Below, one piece after another: positions 15,209 to 30,200 of a DNA stretch of 64,000 nucleotides (the first letter of the stretch is position 1; every line of letters begins with the position of its first letter). The notes under the pieces are model-generated. The model did no database searches and was not told the DNA's origin. It saw nothing but the letters and a program-made list of their open reading frames with translations. The position numbers were made by a program, and so were the translations under genes. This stretch comes from an uncultured Candidatus Binatia bacterium (GTDB taxonomy: Bacteria > Desulfobacterota > Binatia > UBA9968 > JAJDTQ01): contig OZ244070.1 of assembly GCA_965215605.1 (NCBI GenBank), positions 3,296,001 to 3,360,000 of the forward strand, in the 5' to 3' direction.

Positions 15209-18200
15209 GTGGGGGGGGGGGGGAGCAGTAGAGTTTTTTCCGGCACGGTCTTTTCGGTGGTTGGTGTCAATTTCATGGGGCCGCTCGTGGCCCGGTGGTT
15301 GGGTGGCGCCGCAGCCAAGCTGGGTGAAGGGCCGCTGTTTATCGGAAACCTCACGTCAGCCGCGACTTCCGCCGTCGTCTTCCTGTTCGCTCTCTGGCTT
15401 CCTGCGGTTCTCCCATCTGCCGCCACCGCCCAGAACCCGACCCCGGCCTATTCCCTCAACATCAACGTGACCTCGATTTCCGCCGATGGCGGGGGGATCA
15501 CGTTGCAGCCGCAATACTCGGCCTTCATCGGCTCCGAGCGTTCCACACTCGTCGGCGCCGATAGCATCTACCGGGGGTACTTCGGCCAGGGTGGGCTGCC
15601 CACGCAGAAGTTCTTCGACGCCATTGTCCTTGTCGGCGCGCCGGCGGGGATGCGGGTGACGGCCGCCACCATCGACAACCCCTTTCAGAACGTGCACGGG
15701 GTCGGCCCGGGCAACGGCCATCGCACGGTGCACATCACCGTTTCCGGGGCGGATGCGCCCCTGACCGGCAACGTTGCCGCCGCACTGACCGTCAAGCGGG
15801 AGCTGCTGACCTATCTCGACCCCGACGACGGCCAGATGTACAGCGAGCACCTCAGCAGCGTGCAGAGCGAATGGATCGACATCTCCGCGCCGCTGACCAT
15901 CACCCCCGGCAACGTAACGCACCCGCTCGATTTCGACGGCATCCCGGTGCGGCTCAGCGAAGACGGCGCCGCCGGCGTGTACCGCACGGCGCTGAACAAC
16001 GATCCGGGCAACGGCAACACGGTGACGGTCAGCGTGACGTCAAGCGATCCCGGCGCCGCCACCGTTTCACCGGCCACCCTCACCTTCACCGGCGGCAACA
16101 TGGGCTCCTGGCAGACGCCGCGGCGCGTCACCGTCACGCCGGTGGCGGACGCCGACGGCAGCGACGAGTCCCTGTTCGTCTATCACGCCATCAGCGGGCT
16201 CGGCAGCACGACCCAGGGCGGCGCCGTGGGCGTGACCGTCACCGACGATGACGGCGCCGGCGTGGTGGTGAGCCAGCAGTACCATACGTTCTACCGCAAC
16301 CAGAGCCGGAACACACGCAGCGAATACACCCTGCGCCTCGGCACTCCGCCGAGCGCGCCGGTCACGGTCGCGCTCTCGAGCAGCAACAGCAGCCGGGTGA
16401 GCATCGCCACAGGTTCCAGCGTAACGATCAATCCGAACGACTGGAACCAGCCGCAGACCGTCTCGCTTGCCCTCGGCAGCACCTTCGGTTTTGCCAACAA
16501 CCCGGTGACCATCACCCATGCGGTCACCTCCGCGGACTCCGACTACAACGGCGTTGACGTACCCTCGGTGCTGGTGCAATACCGCAACGTCGGCGCCAAC
16601 GCCGATCCCATCGAATTCAGCAACCCGCGTTTTTCCATCGCAGAATCGGGCAGCGGACAGTACACGCTGAAACTGCGCCGCGATCCGGGCAGCGGACGCA
16701 CAGTCACCGTCAACACCTCGGTCGCCACCGCCGGCAACTTCGCCCAGGAAGTTCCCGGAGCCATGGTCTCGCCACAAAGCTTCACCTTCACTGGCGGCAG
16801 CAGCGGCACCTGGTCCACGGCGCAGACCGTCACCGTGACGCCGATACCGGACGGCAACAGCGACAACGAGACCGTCACCGTCAGCCACTCCATCACCGGC
16901 TGGCCCGGCAATACCCGGGGCGGCGACGTCACCGTCATCGTCACCGACAACCTGGCGGGTGGCGGCCTCGTTTTCGACCCGCCCCTGGTCAAGGTGGAAC
17001 GAGGCGTTCCCGCCCGCTACGGCGTGCGGCTGAAGACCAAGCCGGTGGCAAGGCGCTGGGTTGTTGACCCCCTCGGGAGCTACTACGAGGAGCGCTACAC
17101 CGAAGTCGACGTCAGGATCTCCTCCCAGAATCTCAACGTCGTCAGGCCGCATCCAGTCGGGCAGTTTCCCGGCCTCGAGTTCAATACCAATAACTGGAAC
17201 GTGCCGCAGTGGGTGAGCATCGAGCACGGCGGCACCGACGACACAACCACCCTGTTCCACACCACCAGCGTGAACTACGACGAGCCGATCAACGGAGAAT
17301 ACGTGACGCTGGTGGACGAGTCGTATCGCAATCTCTCCATCGGGCTGACCGCCCAGGCGCAGCCGACGACGACGGTGAGCACCCAACCCCGGGCCACGCT
17401 GTCGGTCTCCCCGACGACCGTTGCCGAAGGCGGCAGTCTCCGGGTGCGGGTCAGCCTTGAGGGCGGTACCGCGCCAACCAGCGCGAAGATCATCCCGCTG
17501 ATCTACACCAACGGCAGCGCGGCGGACGCCGACTACACGGCGGTGGGCACGGCGCGCATTCTCGCCAATCAGCGCAGCGCCACCGTCACCGTGGCGGTCG
17601 CCGACGACAGCCTCTTCGAGGACGACGAGACCTTCACCATCGCCCTCGGCGAGATGCCTTTCGGCATCCGCCCGCCGGGGTCCGCGCAGACGTCCTCCGT
17701 GGACATCACCATTTCGGCCAACGACAAGCCGGAAATCGGCATCGCCGCCGACGCCGCCGAAATCAACGAAGGCAACACCGCCGGCTTCACCATCACCGCC
17801 ACCAACCCGTCCCAGTCGGACATCGACGTCGGGCTGACGGTGAGCCGCACCGGCACCTACGTGGCGGTCGGCGACACCGGGGGCAAGAGCATCACTCTGC
17901 CCGCCGGCCAGACCACGCTCGATTACGACATCACCACCGACGAACTTGCCAGCGACGATCCCGGCGGCTCAGTGCGCATTGCCCTTGGGGCGTCATCGAA
18001 CTACAGCGTCGATTCGGCCGCCGCATCGGGGCAGGTGGCCATCCGCGACACCGACGCCACCACCGTGGCCCTTGCCTCGGGGGCGGGGAACATCGCCGAA
18101 GCCACGGGCGAAACGCCCATCACCGTGACCCTCGGGCGCGGACTCGTGGCCGGCGAAGCCCTGAGCCTGCCGCTCACCGTCGGCGGCACCGCGGTGCGAG

Positions 18201-21200
18201 ATACCGACTACACCATCGCCGAACCCGCCACCCTGCCCGCCGGCGTGACCTACGACGCCGGCAACGCCACCCCCACGATCACCTTCACCGGTCCGAACAG
18301 CGGCGAGAGCGCCAGCAGCGCCACCCTGACGCTGACCGCGGTGCAGGATGCCTTCGACGAGGGCGCGGGCGAAACCGTCAGCTTCACCCTGCCGGCGCTC
18401 GATGCCAACTCGGGCACCGGCCTCGACGGCGGCGTGTCGGGCTCGGGCAGCGCCACCGTCACCATCGACGACGACGACGCCGAACCGGAAGTCAGCATTC
18501 AGGGGCCGTCGTCCGCACTCACCGAGGGGGATTCGGCGACCTTCACCATCAGCGTCGACGGTAGCGCCGCGCAGGACCTGACCATCGGCGTCTCGGTGAG
18601 CCAGACCGGCGCCTTCGTCAACGCGAGTGCCATCGGCAACAAGACCCTCAGCGTCGCCTCGGGGACGAGTTCCGCAACCCACACCGTCGCCACAGTTGCG
18701 GACTCGAACGACGAGCCCAGTGGCTCGCTGACCGTCACGCTCACCGACGGCACCGGCTATCAAATCGCCAGTGGCGCCGGTTCCGCCAGTGTGGCGTTGA
18801 CTGACGACGACGCCACCGGCGTGACGCTGGCCGGCTCCGGCAGCGCGATCTCCGAAGCCGGCGGCTCGAAAACCGTCTCCGTGGGCATCGATCGCGGGCT
18901 GGTGAACGGCGAGACGCTGCGCCTGCCGCTCACCCTGGGCGGCACCGCCACCCTCGGTACCGACTACAGCCTGAGTGCGCCGAGCCCGATACCGACCGGC
19001 GTCACCTACGCGAACCTCGGCAGCACCGACCCGGTCAACAGTCCGCCGACCATCGTCTTCACCGGTCCGACGAGCGGCGCCACCGCGGCCTCGACAACGC
19101 TCATCCTGCGCGCCACCCCGGACAATCGCGATGAGGGCACCTTGGAATCGGTGACCATTGCACTGCCCAACCTGAACGCCAACTCCGGCACCGGCCTCGA
19201 CGCCGGCGCTTCGGGCAGCGGCTCGGTCAGCTTCAACATCAACGACGATGACGACCAACCGATAATCAGACTTGCCCGCCAGAGCGGCAGCGGCGCCATC
19301 ACGGAAGGCGAGCAGGTTGCGTTCTCGATCACGGCGAACCGCCCGTCGGACAGCGACCTGACGATTGCGCTCAACGTCACCGACAGCGGGGATTTCCTCG
19401 CGGCGGCCGATGAAGGTTCGAAGGAGCTCGTGCTCGAAGCCGGTGAAACCAGCCTCACCTACACCCTGGCGACGGCCACCGATGTCACCGACGAGCGCTC
19501 CGGCTCGGTTGGCCTGGCCTTGGCCGCAGGCACCGGCTACACCCGGCACGGTTCGCAGAGTGCTGTCACCGTCACGGTGAACGACGACGATGCGACCCTG
19601 GTGACCCTGACCGTCCCGGCCGGCAACATCTCGGAGACGGGCGGAACCAAGACCCTCACCCTGACCCTGCCCCGCGCCCTGGAGGGCAACGAGTCCCTGC
19701 CGGTGCCCCTCGGCTTCGCCGGCAATGCGGCCTTCGGCACCGACTACACGCTGGCGGAACCCAACTCCAGACCAGCAGGCGTCAGCTATTCGAATCTCGC
19801 GAGCAGCAACCCGGCCAGCAGCCCGCCGACGGTCACCTTCAGCGGCCAGTCGGGCGGCGGCGCCACGTCGGCCACCGTCATCCTGCGGGCGACCAGCGAT
19901 GCCCTGGTGGAGACCAACGAGTCGCTGTCCGTGGGCCTCGGCACCCTCGACGCCAGCACCGGCAGCAACCTGCACGGCGGCGCCCGGGGCACGGGCAGCG
20001 GCAGCTTTGCCATCACCGACGGCACCGGCGCGCCCGAGATCCGGGTCACCGCGGGCGCCGTCGCCGTGGAAGGCATGGCGGCGAAGTTCACCGTGCGCAG
20101 CTCCGCCACCTCCACCCGCAGCCTGCGCGTGAACCTGTCGGCGGCCCAGAGCGGCAACTTTGTCGCCGGCGCCGAACTCGGCGCGGGCAAATCCGTCGTC
20201 ATTCCCGCAGGCGAGACCTCGGCGATGTATTCGGTGCCCACCTTGAGCGACGGCGTTGACGAAGCCAACGGCGCGGTCACGCTCACCGTGGCCAGCGGCA
20301 CGGGCTATTCGGTTTCTTCGAGCGCGGGCAGCGCCTCCGTCACCGTCACCGACGACGATTCCACCACCGTCACCCTCGCCTCCTCGGACACCACCGCCAC
20401 CGAGGGCAGCACCACCGAGACTGGCGCTTTCACCGTGACCCTCGGCCGGGCCCTCGTCAGCGGCGAGTCATTGCAGGTGCCCCTGACAGCCCGCGGCGAG
20501 ACCGAATACACGCTGGCACTGGCGGAGGCCACGGGAATCGCTCTCAGCAACAATCGCGACCTGACCTTCACCGGCGGCGCAGGCGCGGAGCGCACCGCCA
20601 CCGTGACCTACCGCGCTGACGTCGATTCCGACGACCGTAACGAGGAGGTGAGATTCTCCATTCCCGGCTCAACCAGCGGTTCGCCGCGCATGACCGCAAC
20701 CGGCCTTGGCGGCGGCGTGGTGGGTTCCGGCAGTGCGCTCGTCGTCGTCACCGACACGGGGGAGAGCGGCCGGGGCAGGGTGAACGTTCAACCGGCCAGC
20801 CTGACCATCGCCGAGGGCGGCAGCAGGACCTACCGCATGGTGCTGACCACCGACCCGGGTTCCGGCGCGGAGGTGGTCATCACCCCGGCGTCGAACAACA
20901 CCGATGTGACCTTCTCGCCGGCCAGCCTCAGCTTCACCGGCGGCGCCGCCGGCAACTGGAGCACCTGGCAGCGCGTCACCGTGGCGGCCGCCGAGGATGC
21001 CGACACCGCCGTCGACAGCGTGACCCTCAGCCACACGATCAGCGGCTACGCCGGGGTGACCTCGGTGCCGAACGTCTCCGTGAGCGTGACCGAGGCCGGT
21101 GCCGGTTTCCTGGTCTCACCGGCGCGGGTCGATGTCGTGGCGGGCCAGTCGGTGGACTATACGATCCGGCTTACCAGCCAGCCGGCCGGCAACGTGGTGC

Positions 21201-24200
21201 TGGACCTGACGAGCAGTGATACCACCATCGCCACCGTGCCGAGTTCGGTCAGCATCCCGCCGGCGAGCTGGCAAAGTGGCGTGGCGGTCACCGTCACCGG
21301 TGTGGCCGCGGGCGCGGCGAGCATCAGCCACGCCCATGCCACCACCACCGACAGCGGCTACGCCACCGCGACGCTGCCCGGTGACCTGGCCGTCAACGTC
21401 TTTGCCGCGGCGCCACCGGTGATCACGGTGGAAAGCAACGCCAACGCCAATGGCGTCACCGAAGGCGCAGATGCCAGCTTCACGATCAATGCGAGCCCGG
21501 CCCCCGCGAGCGACCTTGTGGTGTCGTTCACGGTAGAGCAGAACGGCGATTTCGCCACACGCGAACTTCCGACCTCCGTCACGATCTCCACGACGGACAC
21601 TGGTAGCGCCCTCGTCCTCATTCCGACCGCGCAGGACACCACCGACGAGCCGGACGGCAGCTTCGTCCTGACGCTGCAACCGGGCGCCGACTACAGCCTT
21701 GGCGGCGCCAGCAGCGTCACGGTTCCTGTCACAGACAACGACCTCACCACGGTCGAGTTGAGTACCGGAAGCACACGTATCGCGGAAACCGGAGGCGGCC
21801 AGACGTTCATCGTGCAACTGGATCGCTCACTGGTGGCGGGAGAATCGGTGTCGGCGCCGCTCAGCCTGGGTGGAACGGCGAGCCTCGGGACGGACTATCG
21901 GCTGCACCCGCTCGCGGGTTCATCCGGCATCCGGTACGAAGGGCTCGCCACCGCGTCGCCCACTGTGGTGTTCACCGGCGGGCCGAACAGCTCCGTCCTC
22001 GCGACGGTCACTGTCCGTGCCGTGTCGGACCTGGTGGATGACGACGACGAAACGGTGATCGTCACCCTCGGCACGCCCACCAGCACCGGGCTCGGGGGCG
22101 GGGCATCGAGCGCTGGCGCCACGCCGGCAACCTTCCGGATCATCGATGACGACGGGGACACCCAACCCACCGTCAGCATCGCTGCCGGTTCCGGCGTCAC
22201 CGAAGGCACGCCCGCGAGCTTTACCGTCAGCGTCAGCCCCGCGCTCGCTGCCGACGCCAGCAACCTCACCGTCAACCTGAACGTGGGGCAGATGGGCGAC
22301 TACGTCGCCTCCGGCGATCGCGGCATGAAACAGGTCACCATCAACGCCGGCAGCGGCTCGGCGACCTATCGCGTGCCCACCGACGCGGACAGCCAGGACG
22401 AAGCCGCCGGCTCGGTGACGGTCAACGTCGATCCAGGCAGCGGCTACCAGGTCTCGGGTTCAAGCGCCAGCGCGTCGGTCGCGGTGGCCGACAACGACCA
22501 CACAGCCGTTACGCTGTCCGCCACCGCGGGCAACATCTCCGAAGCCTCCGGGGCCAAGGAAATCAAGTTGACGCTCGGGCGCGTGCTCGTCAGTGGCGAG
22601 ACTCTGACCCAGCGGCTCAGCTTCGGCGGCACCGCTACGTTTGGCGCCGATTACACGCTCGCCGCGCCCTCCCCGCTGCCCAGCGGCGTCAGTTTCAGCA
22701 ATCTGGGCAGCAGCAATCTGAGCGCGAGTCCGCCGACCGTCGTATTCACCGGCGGCACGGGGGCGTCCAGGGTGGCGACCCTGACGCTCACCGCCACCCA
22801 GGACACCACCGTGGAAGCCTCTGGCGAGACCATTACGGTCGGTCGCGGCACGGCCGCCCAGACCGGGCTCGGCGGCGTTGTTGGCAGCGGCTCGGTGGCG
22901 AGTTTCCGGATCGTCGACGACGACAGCGCCGCCGCGGTGCCGGAATTGAGCATCACCGCCGGCGATGGCGTCACCGAGGGCGCCAGCGCCGCCTTCACCA
23001 TCAATTCGACCCAGGCCGCGCCATCGAGCGGCCTGCGGGTGACCTACACCCTGTCTCAGCAGGGCGAGTTCGTCGCCTCCACCGCCGTCGGTTCGGGCAA
23101 GACCGTTACCATCCCCGCCGGTCAGAGTTCGGTGATCCACCGTATCGCCACCACGGCCGATAGCATCGACGAGGCCAAGGGTTCGCTAACGGTTTCACTC
23201 GCGTCCGGCACGGGCTACACGGTATCCGCGAGCGCCGGCGTCGCCTCCCTGGAGGTCGAAGACAACGATCCCACGGGTGTCACCCTGTCGGCATCAAGCA
23301 GCGCCATACCCGAGACCGGTGGCGTCAAGCGCGTCACCCTGACCCTCGACCGTGCGCTGGTCAGCGGCGAGGTGCTGGCGGTGCCGATCAACGTTAGCGG
23401 CGGGGTCGCCGCGGGCGACTACAGCCTGGGCCAACCGGCATCGCCACCGGCCGGCGTCACCTACGCGCTCTCTGGCAACGCGCCGCGCATCACCTTTAAC
23501 GGCAGCAACGGTGCGCCGCGCAGGGCGACCTTTACCCTGTCCGCCACATCCGACCTTGTCGACGAGGGCGAGGCGGAGTCGGTCACCCTCGGCCTCGGCA
23601 GTCCCACCCCCAGCGGCACGGGGCTCGCCGGTGGCGCCAGCGGCTCCGGCAGCGCGACCTTCGACATCACCGACGACGACGGCACCCCGGTCATTCGCAT
23701 CGAGGGCGGCAACCGGGTCGCCGAAGGCAGCAATGCGGTGTTCATGCTCAAGGCCAGTCCGGCGCCGCAACAGGCTCTTACCATCAACCTGAACGTGGCC
23801 GACGACAGTGTCGCGGACTTCGTCGCCTCCGGTAACCAGGGCAGCCAGCCGGTGCAAATCCCGGCGCACACGACGACGAAGACCTACGAAGTGGCGACGG
23901 TGAACGACAGCAACGACGAGCCCCGCGGCGAGGTGACCGTCACCGTAGCGAACGGCACCGGCTACACCCCCGCGCAGACCGCCGCCAGCGATACGGTGCA
24001 GGTGAGCGACAACGACCGCACCACGGTGACGCTGTCGCTGCCCGACAGCACCGCCACCGAGAGCAGCGCCAGCGATACGGCGACCGTCCGACTCGCGCTG
24101 CCACGCGCCCTGGTCTCCGGCGAATCGGTCAGCGCTGCGCTCAGCTTCCGCGGCGGACGCATCGGCCGCGAGTTCAGCCTCAGCCCCCCGAGCCCGCTCC

Positions 24201-27200
24201 CGAGCGGCGTTGCCTATGACCTGGCCGCCAGCCCGCCCACTGTCACCTTCAACGGCGGCGCCGGGGCGTCGAGCGCGGCCACCGTCTTGGTGTCGGCACT
24301 GGCAGACACGGACGAAACCGACGGCAGCGTGAACGTGCGGCTTGGCACCATCGCGCCCACGGGCCTCGACGGCGGTGCCGGCGGCACGGGCAGCGGCTCT
24401 ATCCAGCTCACTGATGCAGGCGCCCAACCGGCAGTGGACGTGGACATGGACAGCCTGTCGGTGAATGAGGGCGCCACCGTCAGCTACCGCGTGAAGCTGC
24501 ATACCAACCCGGGCGGCACGGTCACGGTGACGCCGCAGTCCGGCGATTCCACCCGCCTTACCGTACCGGGCGCGCTGAGTTTCAACAGCGGCAACTGGAG
24601 CAACTGGCGGACCGTGACCCTGACCAGTCTGGCCGACGCTGACCTCACCGACGACGACGTCACCGTCACCCACACCGTGAGCGGCTACGGTTCCGTCACC
24701 ACGGCGCCGAGTGTCACGGTGTCCATCATCGACGGCGGCGCCGGCGTGACCGTGAACCCGACCGCGCTCAGCGTCAACGAAGGCGCCAACGGCAGCTACA
24801 GCGTCCGGCTGAACAGCCGCCCCTCGGCATCGGTCACCATCACGCCAACCTCGGGCGATACGGTGACGGCCACGGTGGGCAACGCCGTGACCTTCGCCCC
24901 GGCCGAATGGAGCTCGGCCAAGAGCATTCAGGTCTCCGGCGTCAACGGCGGCCAGGCGCGCATCAGCCACAGCGTCTCCAGCACCGATACCGCCTACGCC
25001 GCCGTCACCCCTTCGCCAGTGGACGTGACCGTGACGGGCACCGCGCGGGTGCGGGTGTCGGCGCTGACGGTCATCGCCGTCGAGCATGGCGCGGCGGGCA
25101 CCTACGATGTGTGGTTGAACACCGACCCGGGCGCAGCGGTCACGGTCACCCCGCAAACGACGAGCAGCGCCATCGCGCTGTCCGCCGCGCTGAGTTTCAA
25201 CAGCAGCAATTTCCGCGTTCCCCAGCGCGTCACAGTCACCGCGAACACGGACACCAACACCAACTCCGAAAGCGCCACCATCACCCACGCGGTGAGTGGC
25301 TATTCCGGCGTCAATCAGGGCCCCGTGGTGGCCGTCACCGTCCAGGACGCCGGCAGCCGCATTCTGGTCTCGCCCACCAGCCTGACCGTCAAGGAAGGCA
25401 CCAGCACCAGCTACACACTCACCTCCACGACCGAACCCACCTCGAATGTGACCGTCACGCCGACGGGCCTCGGCGGTCGCGTAACCGTGAGCCCCAGCCC
25501 CGTGACCTTCGGGCCCGGGCGCGGCCTCACGCAACAGGTGACCGTGCAGGGCGTGGCGGCCGGCAGCGTGACGCTGAACCACCGGATCGCCGCATCGAAT
25601 CCGAACTCGAGCTTCTGGCGCGTGACCGTCCCGCCGGTGTCGGTGCGGGTGACCCCGGCCGATGCCGTCATCGTCTCGCCGATCAATCTTGCGGCGAGTG
25701 AAGGCGGCACGGCCACCTATTACGTGGAACTCGCCAGCGATCCGGGCGGCGCGGTCACGGTGACGCCGGCCTCGAGCGACACCGGCGCCGCGACGGTGTC
25801 CGGCGCGCTCAGCTTCAACTCCAGCAACTGGAGCGCACCGCAATCGGTGACGGTGAGCGCGGTGCAGGACGGCGACGGGGACCACGAAAACGTCACTATC
25901 TCCCACCAGGTCAGTGGCTACACCGGCGTCTCCAGCGCGCCCAGCGTCACCCTGTTCGTCGGCGATGACGAGTTTCGCCCAACGGCGAGCGTGCAGGCGG
26001 GCACCGGCGGGAACCGGACTGAAGGCCAGGCCGTGACCTTCGATTTCAGCGCGCCCGACATCACCTCCGACGTGACGCTCCACTACAGCCTCAGCGCCAC
26101 CGGCGGCTATGTGGCCAGCGGCGACCTCGGCGCGAAGACCCTGACCGTCCCCGCCGGCGGGGCCACGCCCGGCGCCGCAAGGATCAGCGTGGCCACCCTT
26201 GCGGACAGCATTGACGAGCCTGCCGGTACGGTCACCGTCACCCTGACCAACCATACCGACTACACGGTGAGCGCCACGGCGGGCAGCGCAACCCGCACCG
26301 TGGACGACAATGACCGCGGCAGCGCGACCCTCGCCGCCCCCGCCGGCAACATCGCCGAGGACGGCGGTAGCAAGACGCTCACCCTGACGCTGAACCGGGC
26401 GTTGGCGGCGGGGGAGAGCGTGGCGCTCAAGCTGGCCTTCAGCGGCAAGGCGAGCCTCGGCACCGACTTCACCTTGGCCGCGCCGAGCCCCTTGCCGTCC
26501 GGCGTGAGCTATGCGCTGGAAGGCGCCACCCCCACGGTGACCTTCACCGGCTCGAGCGCGGCGTCGGCCACCGTGATTCTCAATGCCGAGGACGACAGCC
26601 GGCACGAAGGTACCGGCGAATCGGTTTCCGTCTCTCTTTCCGAAATCCAGAGCGCGGACATCTCCGGGCTCGGCGGCGGCATGAGCGTCAGCGGTTCCCG
26701 GGCGTTCACCATTCTCGACGACGACAAGCTGGGTCTGCCCCAAGCCTCCATCACGCCGAGCTCGAACAATACCGTCGCCGAGGGCGGCTTCGCGGACTTC
26801 ACTATCACGTTGAACAGGGCGCCGGCAAAGAGAATCTTTGTGCAGGTGACCTTGAGCGACGCGCCGGACTCGGACTTCCTGTCTGCCACCCTCGAAGTCC
26901 CCTATGACCTCACGTTCCCCGCGGGCAGGACCACGGCAACGCTGCCTATTCTCACCAACGGCGACAGCGTCGATGAGCCGAGCGGGGCGATTCGGGCCCG
27001 GGTGACCGGCGGTGGCGAAAGCGCCGGCTACGACCCGGGTACGCCGAACGTCGCCGAAGTCACCATCATCGACAACGACCGCAGCTCGGTGACCCTCGAG
27101 ACCCCCGATGCAAGCGCCATGGAAGGCGACAGCAGCGACACCGCGAGCCTCTCCCTGACGCTCAATCGCGGACTGGCATCTGGCGAGATCCTCAAGGTTC

Positions 27201-30200
27201 CGCTGCGCTTCGCAGGCGGCGTCCCCGGCACCGACTTCACGCTGGCCTGCCCGAGCCCGTTGCCCACCGGCGTGGCCTGTGCCGATCTCGGCAACGCCAA
27301 CGCCGCGGTGACCTTCACCGGTCCCGCCGCCGGGGTGACCGCCACCAGCGTCACCCTGACCCTGACGGTGAGCGACGATCAGGACGCCAACCACGAACGG
27401 GTGACGGTGAGCATCCCTGCCTCCACCAACGGTAATCCGGGCCTGACCGCCACCGGCCTCGGCGGCGGCGTGCGCGGCGCCCGCACCGGCAACGGCCAGA
27501 TCGCGCTGATCGACGACGACACCCCGCCGCCGCCCAACGTGAGCCTGTCGGTGAACAACAGCGGCGCGGTGACCGAGGGCGGCACGCTGACGGTGACGGC
27601 GGAAGTCTCGGAAGCGCCGTCCGGCCAGTCGATCAGAATCCCCGTGCAGCGCCTCGCAGCCTCCTCCACCGCCGAAGCCGGCGACTACAGGCTGGCAGGC
27701 AACATCACCATCGCCAGCGGCGCCACCACCGGCAGCGCCACCCTGACGGCGCGCAACGACGGCGACGACGAACTCACCGAGACCTTGCGCATCGAACTCG
27801 GCTCGCCCCCCGAGGGCTATATCAACAGCGCCGACAGCGGCATCGACATCAGCATCACCGACGACACCGCCACCGATGTGGTGCTGACGACGCCGGACAC
27901 CAGCGCGGCGGAAGCCGACGCCAACGACACCGCCGAGATTCGCATCACGCTCGGGCGCGGGCTCGAAGGTAGCGAAAGCCTGATCGTGCCGCTGCAATTC
28001 TCGGGCGGCACATTAGCCACCGACTTCAACCTCGCCCTGTCGGGCACCCCCGCCGGCGTGACCTTCGACAGCGCCACCGGCGAACTGACCTTTGCCGGAC
28101 CGACCACGAGCGCCACCGTGGCCAGCGTGCTGCTGACCGCGGCGGTGGACGACAACGCCGGCGACGACATCGTCACGGTGTCCATCCCGACCAGTTCGTT
28201 CGCCGGGACGCCGCGCCTGACCGCCACCAACCTCGACGGCGGCGCCGCGGGCCGACGCACCGGCAACGGCCGCATCACGCTCAAGGACGCCGGCCTCAAC
28301 GTGCGCACCGTCGGCTGGGCGGCCACGACCCTGACCACCAACGAGACCGCCGCCGCCGGAACGGTGAACGTCGCGCTGTCTTCCGCGGATACCTCGGCCC
28401 TGACCTTCCGCGTCTGCCTCAGCGACGGCACGGCTACGCTCGGCAGCGATTACCAGGGCGTCATCACCGCCGCCGACCGCTGCACCGGCTCGGGCGGCAA
28501 CGCCGACTTCACCATTGCCGCCAGCGACACCACCGAGCCGGTGTCGTTCAAGTCCGTCGTCGATACCGTGGACGAGCCCGACGAGACCTACAGCGCCACC
28601 ATCACCCTGCCGACACCGGTGGCGGGGCTCGGCATCAGCCCGGCCACCATCGACGTCACCATCCGCGACGACGATCCCACGGTCGTCAGCCTCGCCCGCA
28701 CCGGCAGCGGCGCCATCAACGAAGGCGGCAAGGTCGAGTTCACCGTGAGCCTGGGCCGTGCGCTCGTGACCGGCGAAACCATCGACGTGCCCCTGCCCAT
28801 CGGCGGCACCGGCGTCAACACCGGCGACTGGAGCCTGGCGAAGAAGGCCGGCGCCAACACCGGCATCAGCCTGCTCGACACCAATACCGCCACCCCGACG
28901 GTGCGCTTTTCCGGCGCCGGCGCCCAAACCGCGACCCTGGAACTCGCCTCCATCTCCGACGGCACCGGCGAGGGCAGCGGCGAGACCTACGCCATCGCCC
29001 TCGGCAGCAACACGCAGTTCGACAACGACGCCGACACCAACGTCGGCGGCGGCGCCGACCCCCACGGCACGAACAACCGCTTCACGGTGCTGGTGAACGA
29101 CCCGCGCAGCATCGGCTGGTCCGCCACCGCGCTCAGCATCAACGAGACCGATGCCGGGCAGACCACCGGCAGCGTCAACGCCAGCCTCTCCACCGGCAAC
29201 GGCCCCGTCACCTTCCGCGTCTGCCTCGCCGACGGCAGCGCCAGCCGCGGCGCTTCCGCCGACTACCGCGGCTTCGGCACGAGCAGCAACGCCGCCTGTA
29301 CCGGCAGCGGCGGCTCGAACGCGGATCTCGAGATCGCGTCCGGTCAGTCGAGCAAGGCGGTGACCTTCACCGTCAACGGCGACACCACCGACGAGCCCGA
29401 TGAGACCTTCACCGCCACCCTGTCGCTGCCGAGCGCCGTCACCGGCCTCAGCCTCGATACCTCGAAGACCACGGTGACCGCCACCATCGTCGACAACGAC
29501 CCCACCGTGGTCAGCCTCGCCCGGGTCGGCAGCGGCGCCATCTACGAGGCGGGCAAGGCCGAATTCACCGTCACCCTTGGGCGGGCGCTGGTCGCCGGCG
29601 AAATCATCGACGTGCCGCTCAGCACCAGCGGCACCAACATCACCACCGGAGACTGGAGCCTCGCCAAGAAAGCCGGCGCGACCAACACCGGCGTGTCGCT
29701 CAGCAACGTGACGGGGCAAAATCCGAATGTGCGCTTCACGGACGCCGGCGCCCGGGTGGCGACCCTCGAACTCACCGCCACCGTGGACGGCACCACCGAG
29801 AGCGGCGGCGAGACCCTGACTCTCGCCCTCGGCCCCGACGGCAGCGGCGCCAATGGCTTCGACCGTTCGACCCTCGCCACCAACGTCGGCGGCGGCGCCG
29901 ACCCGCACGGCAGCAACAACAGCTTCAACCTCACCATCAACGATGGCCGCACCATCGGCTGGCAGACCACCGCCGTCACGGTGAACGAGAGTTCGAACGC
30001 CGTGAACCTGACCGCCGAGCTGTCCGAAGGCACCGGCCCGGTTAGCTTCCGCGTCTGCCTCGCGGGCGAGAGCGCCACCTTCGGCGACGATTTCACCGGC
30101 GTCGTCCGCAATACCGCCCGCTGCACCGGCAGCGGCAGCAACAACGCCGACCCGAGCATCGGCTCCGGCGCGTCGAGCAAGCAGCTGAGCCCCGGCATCG

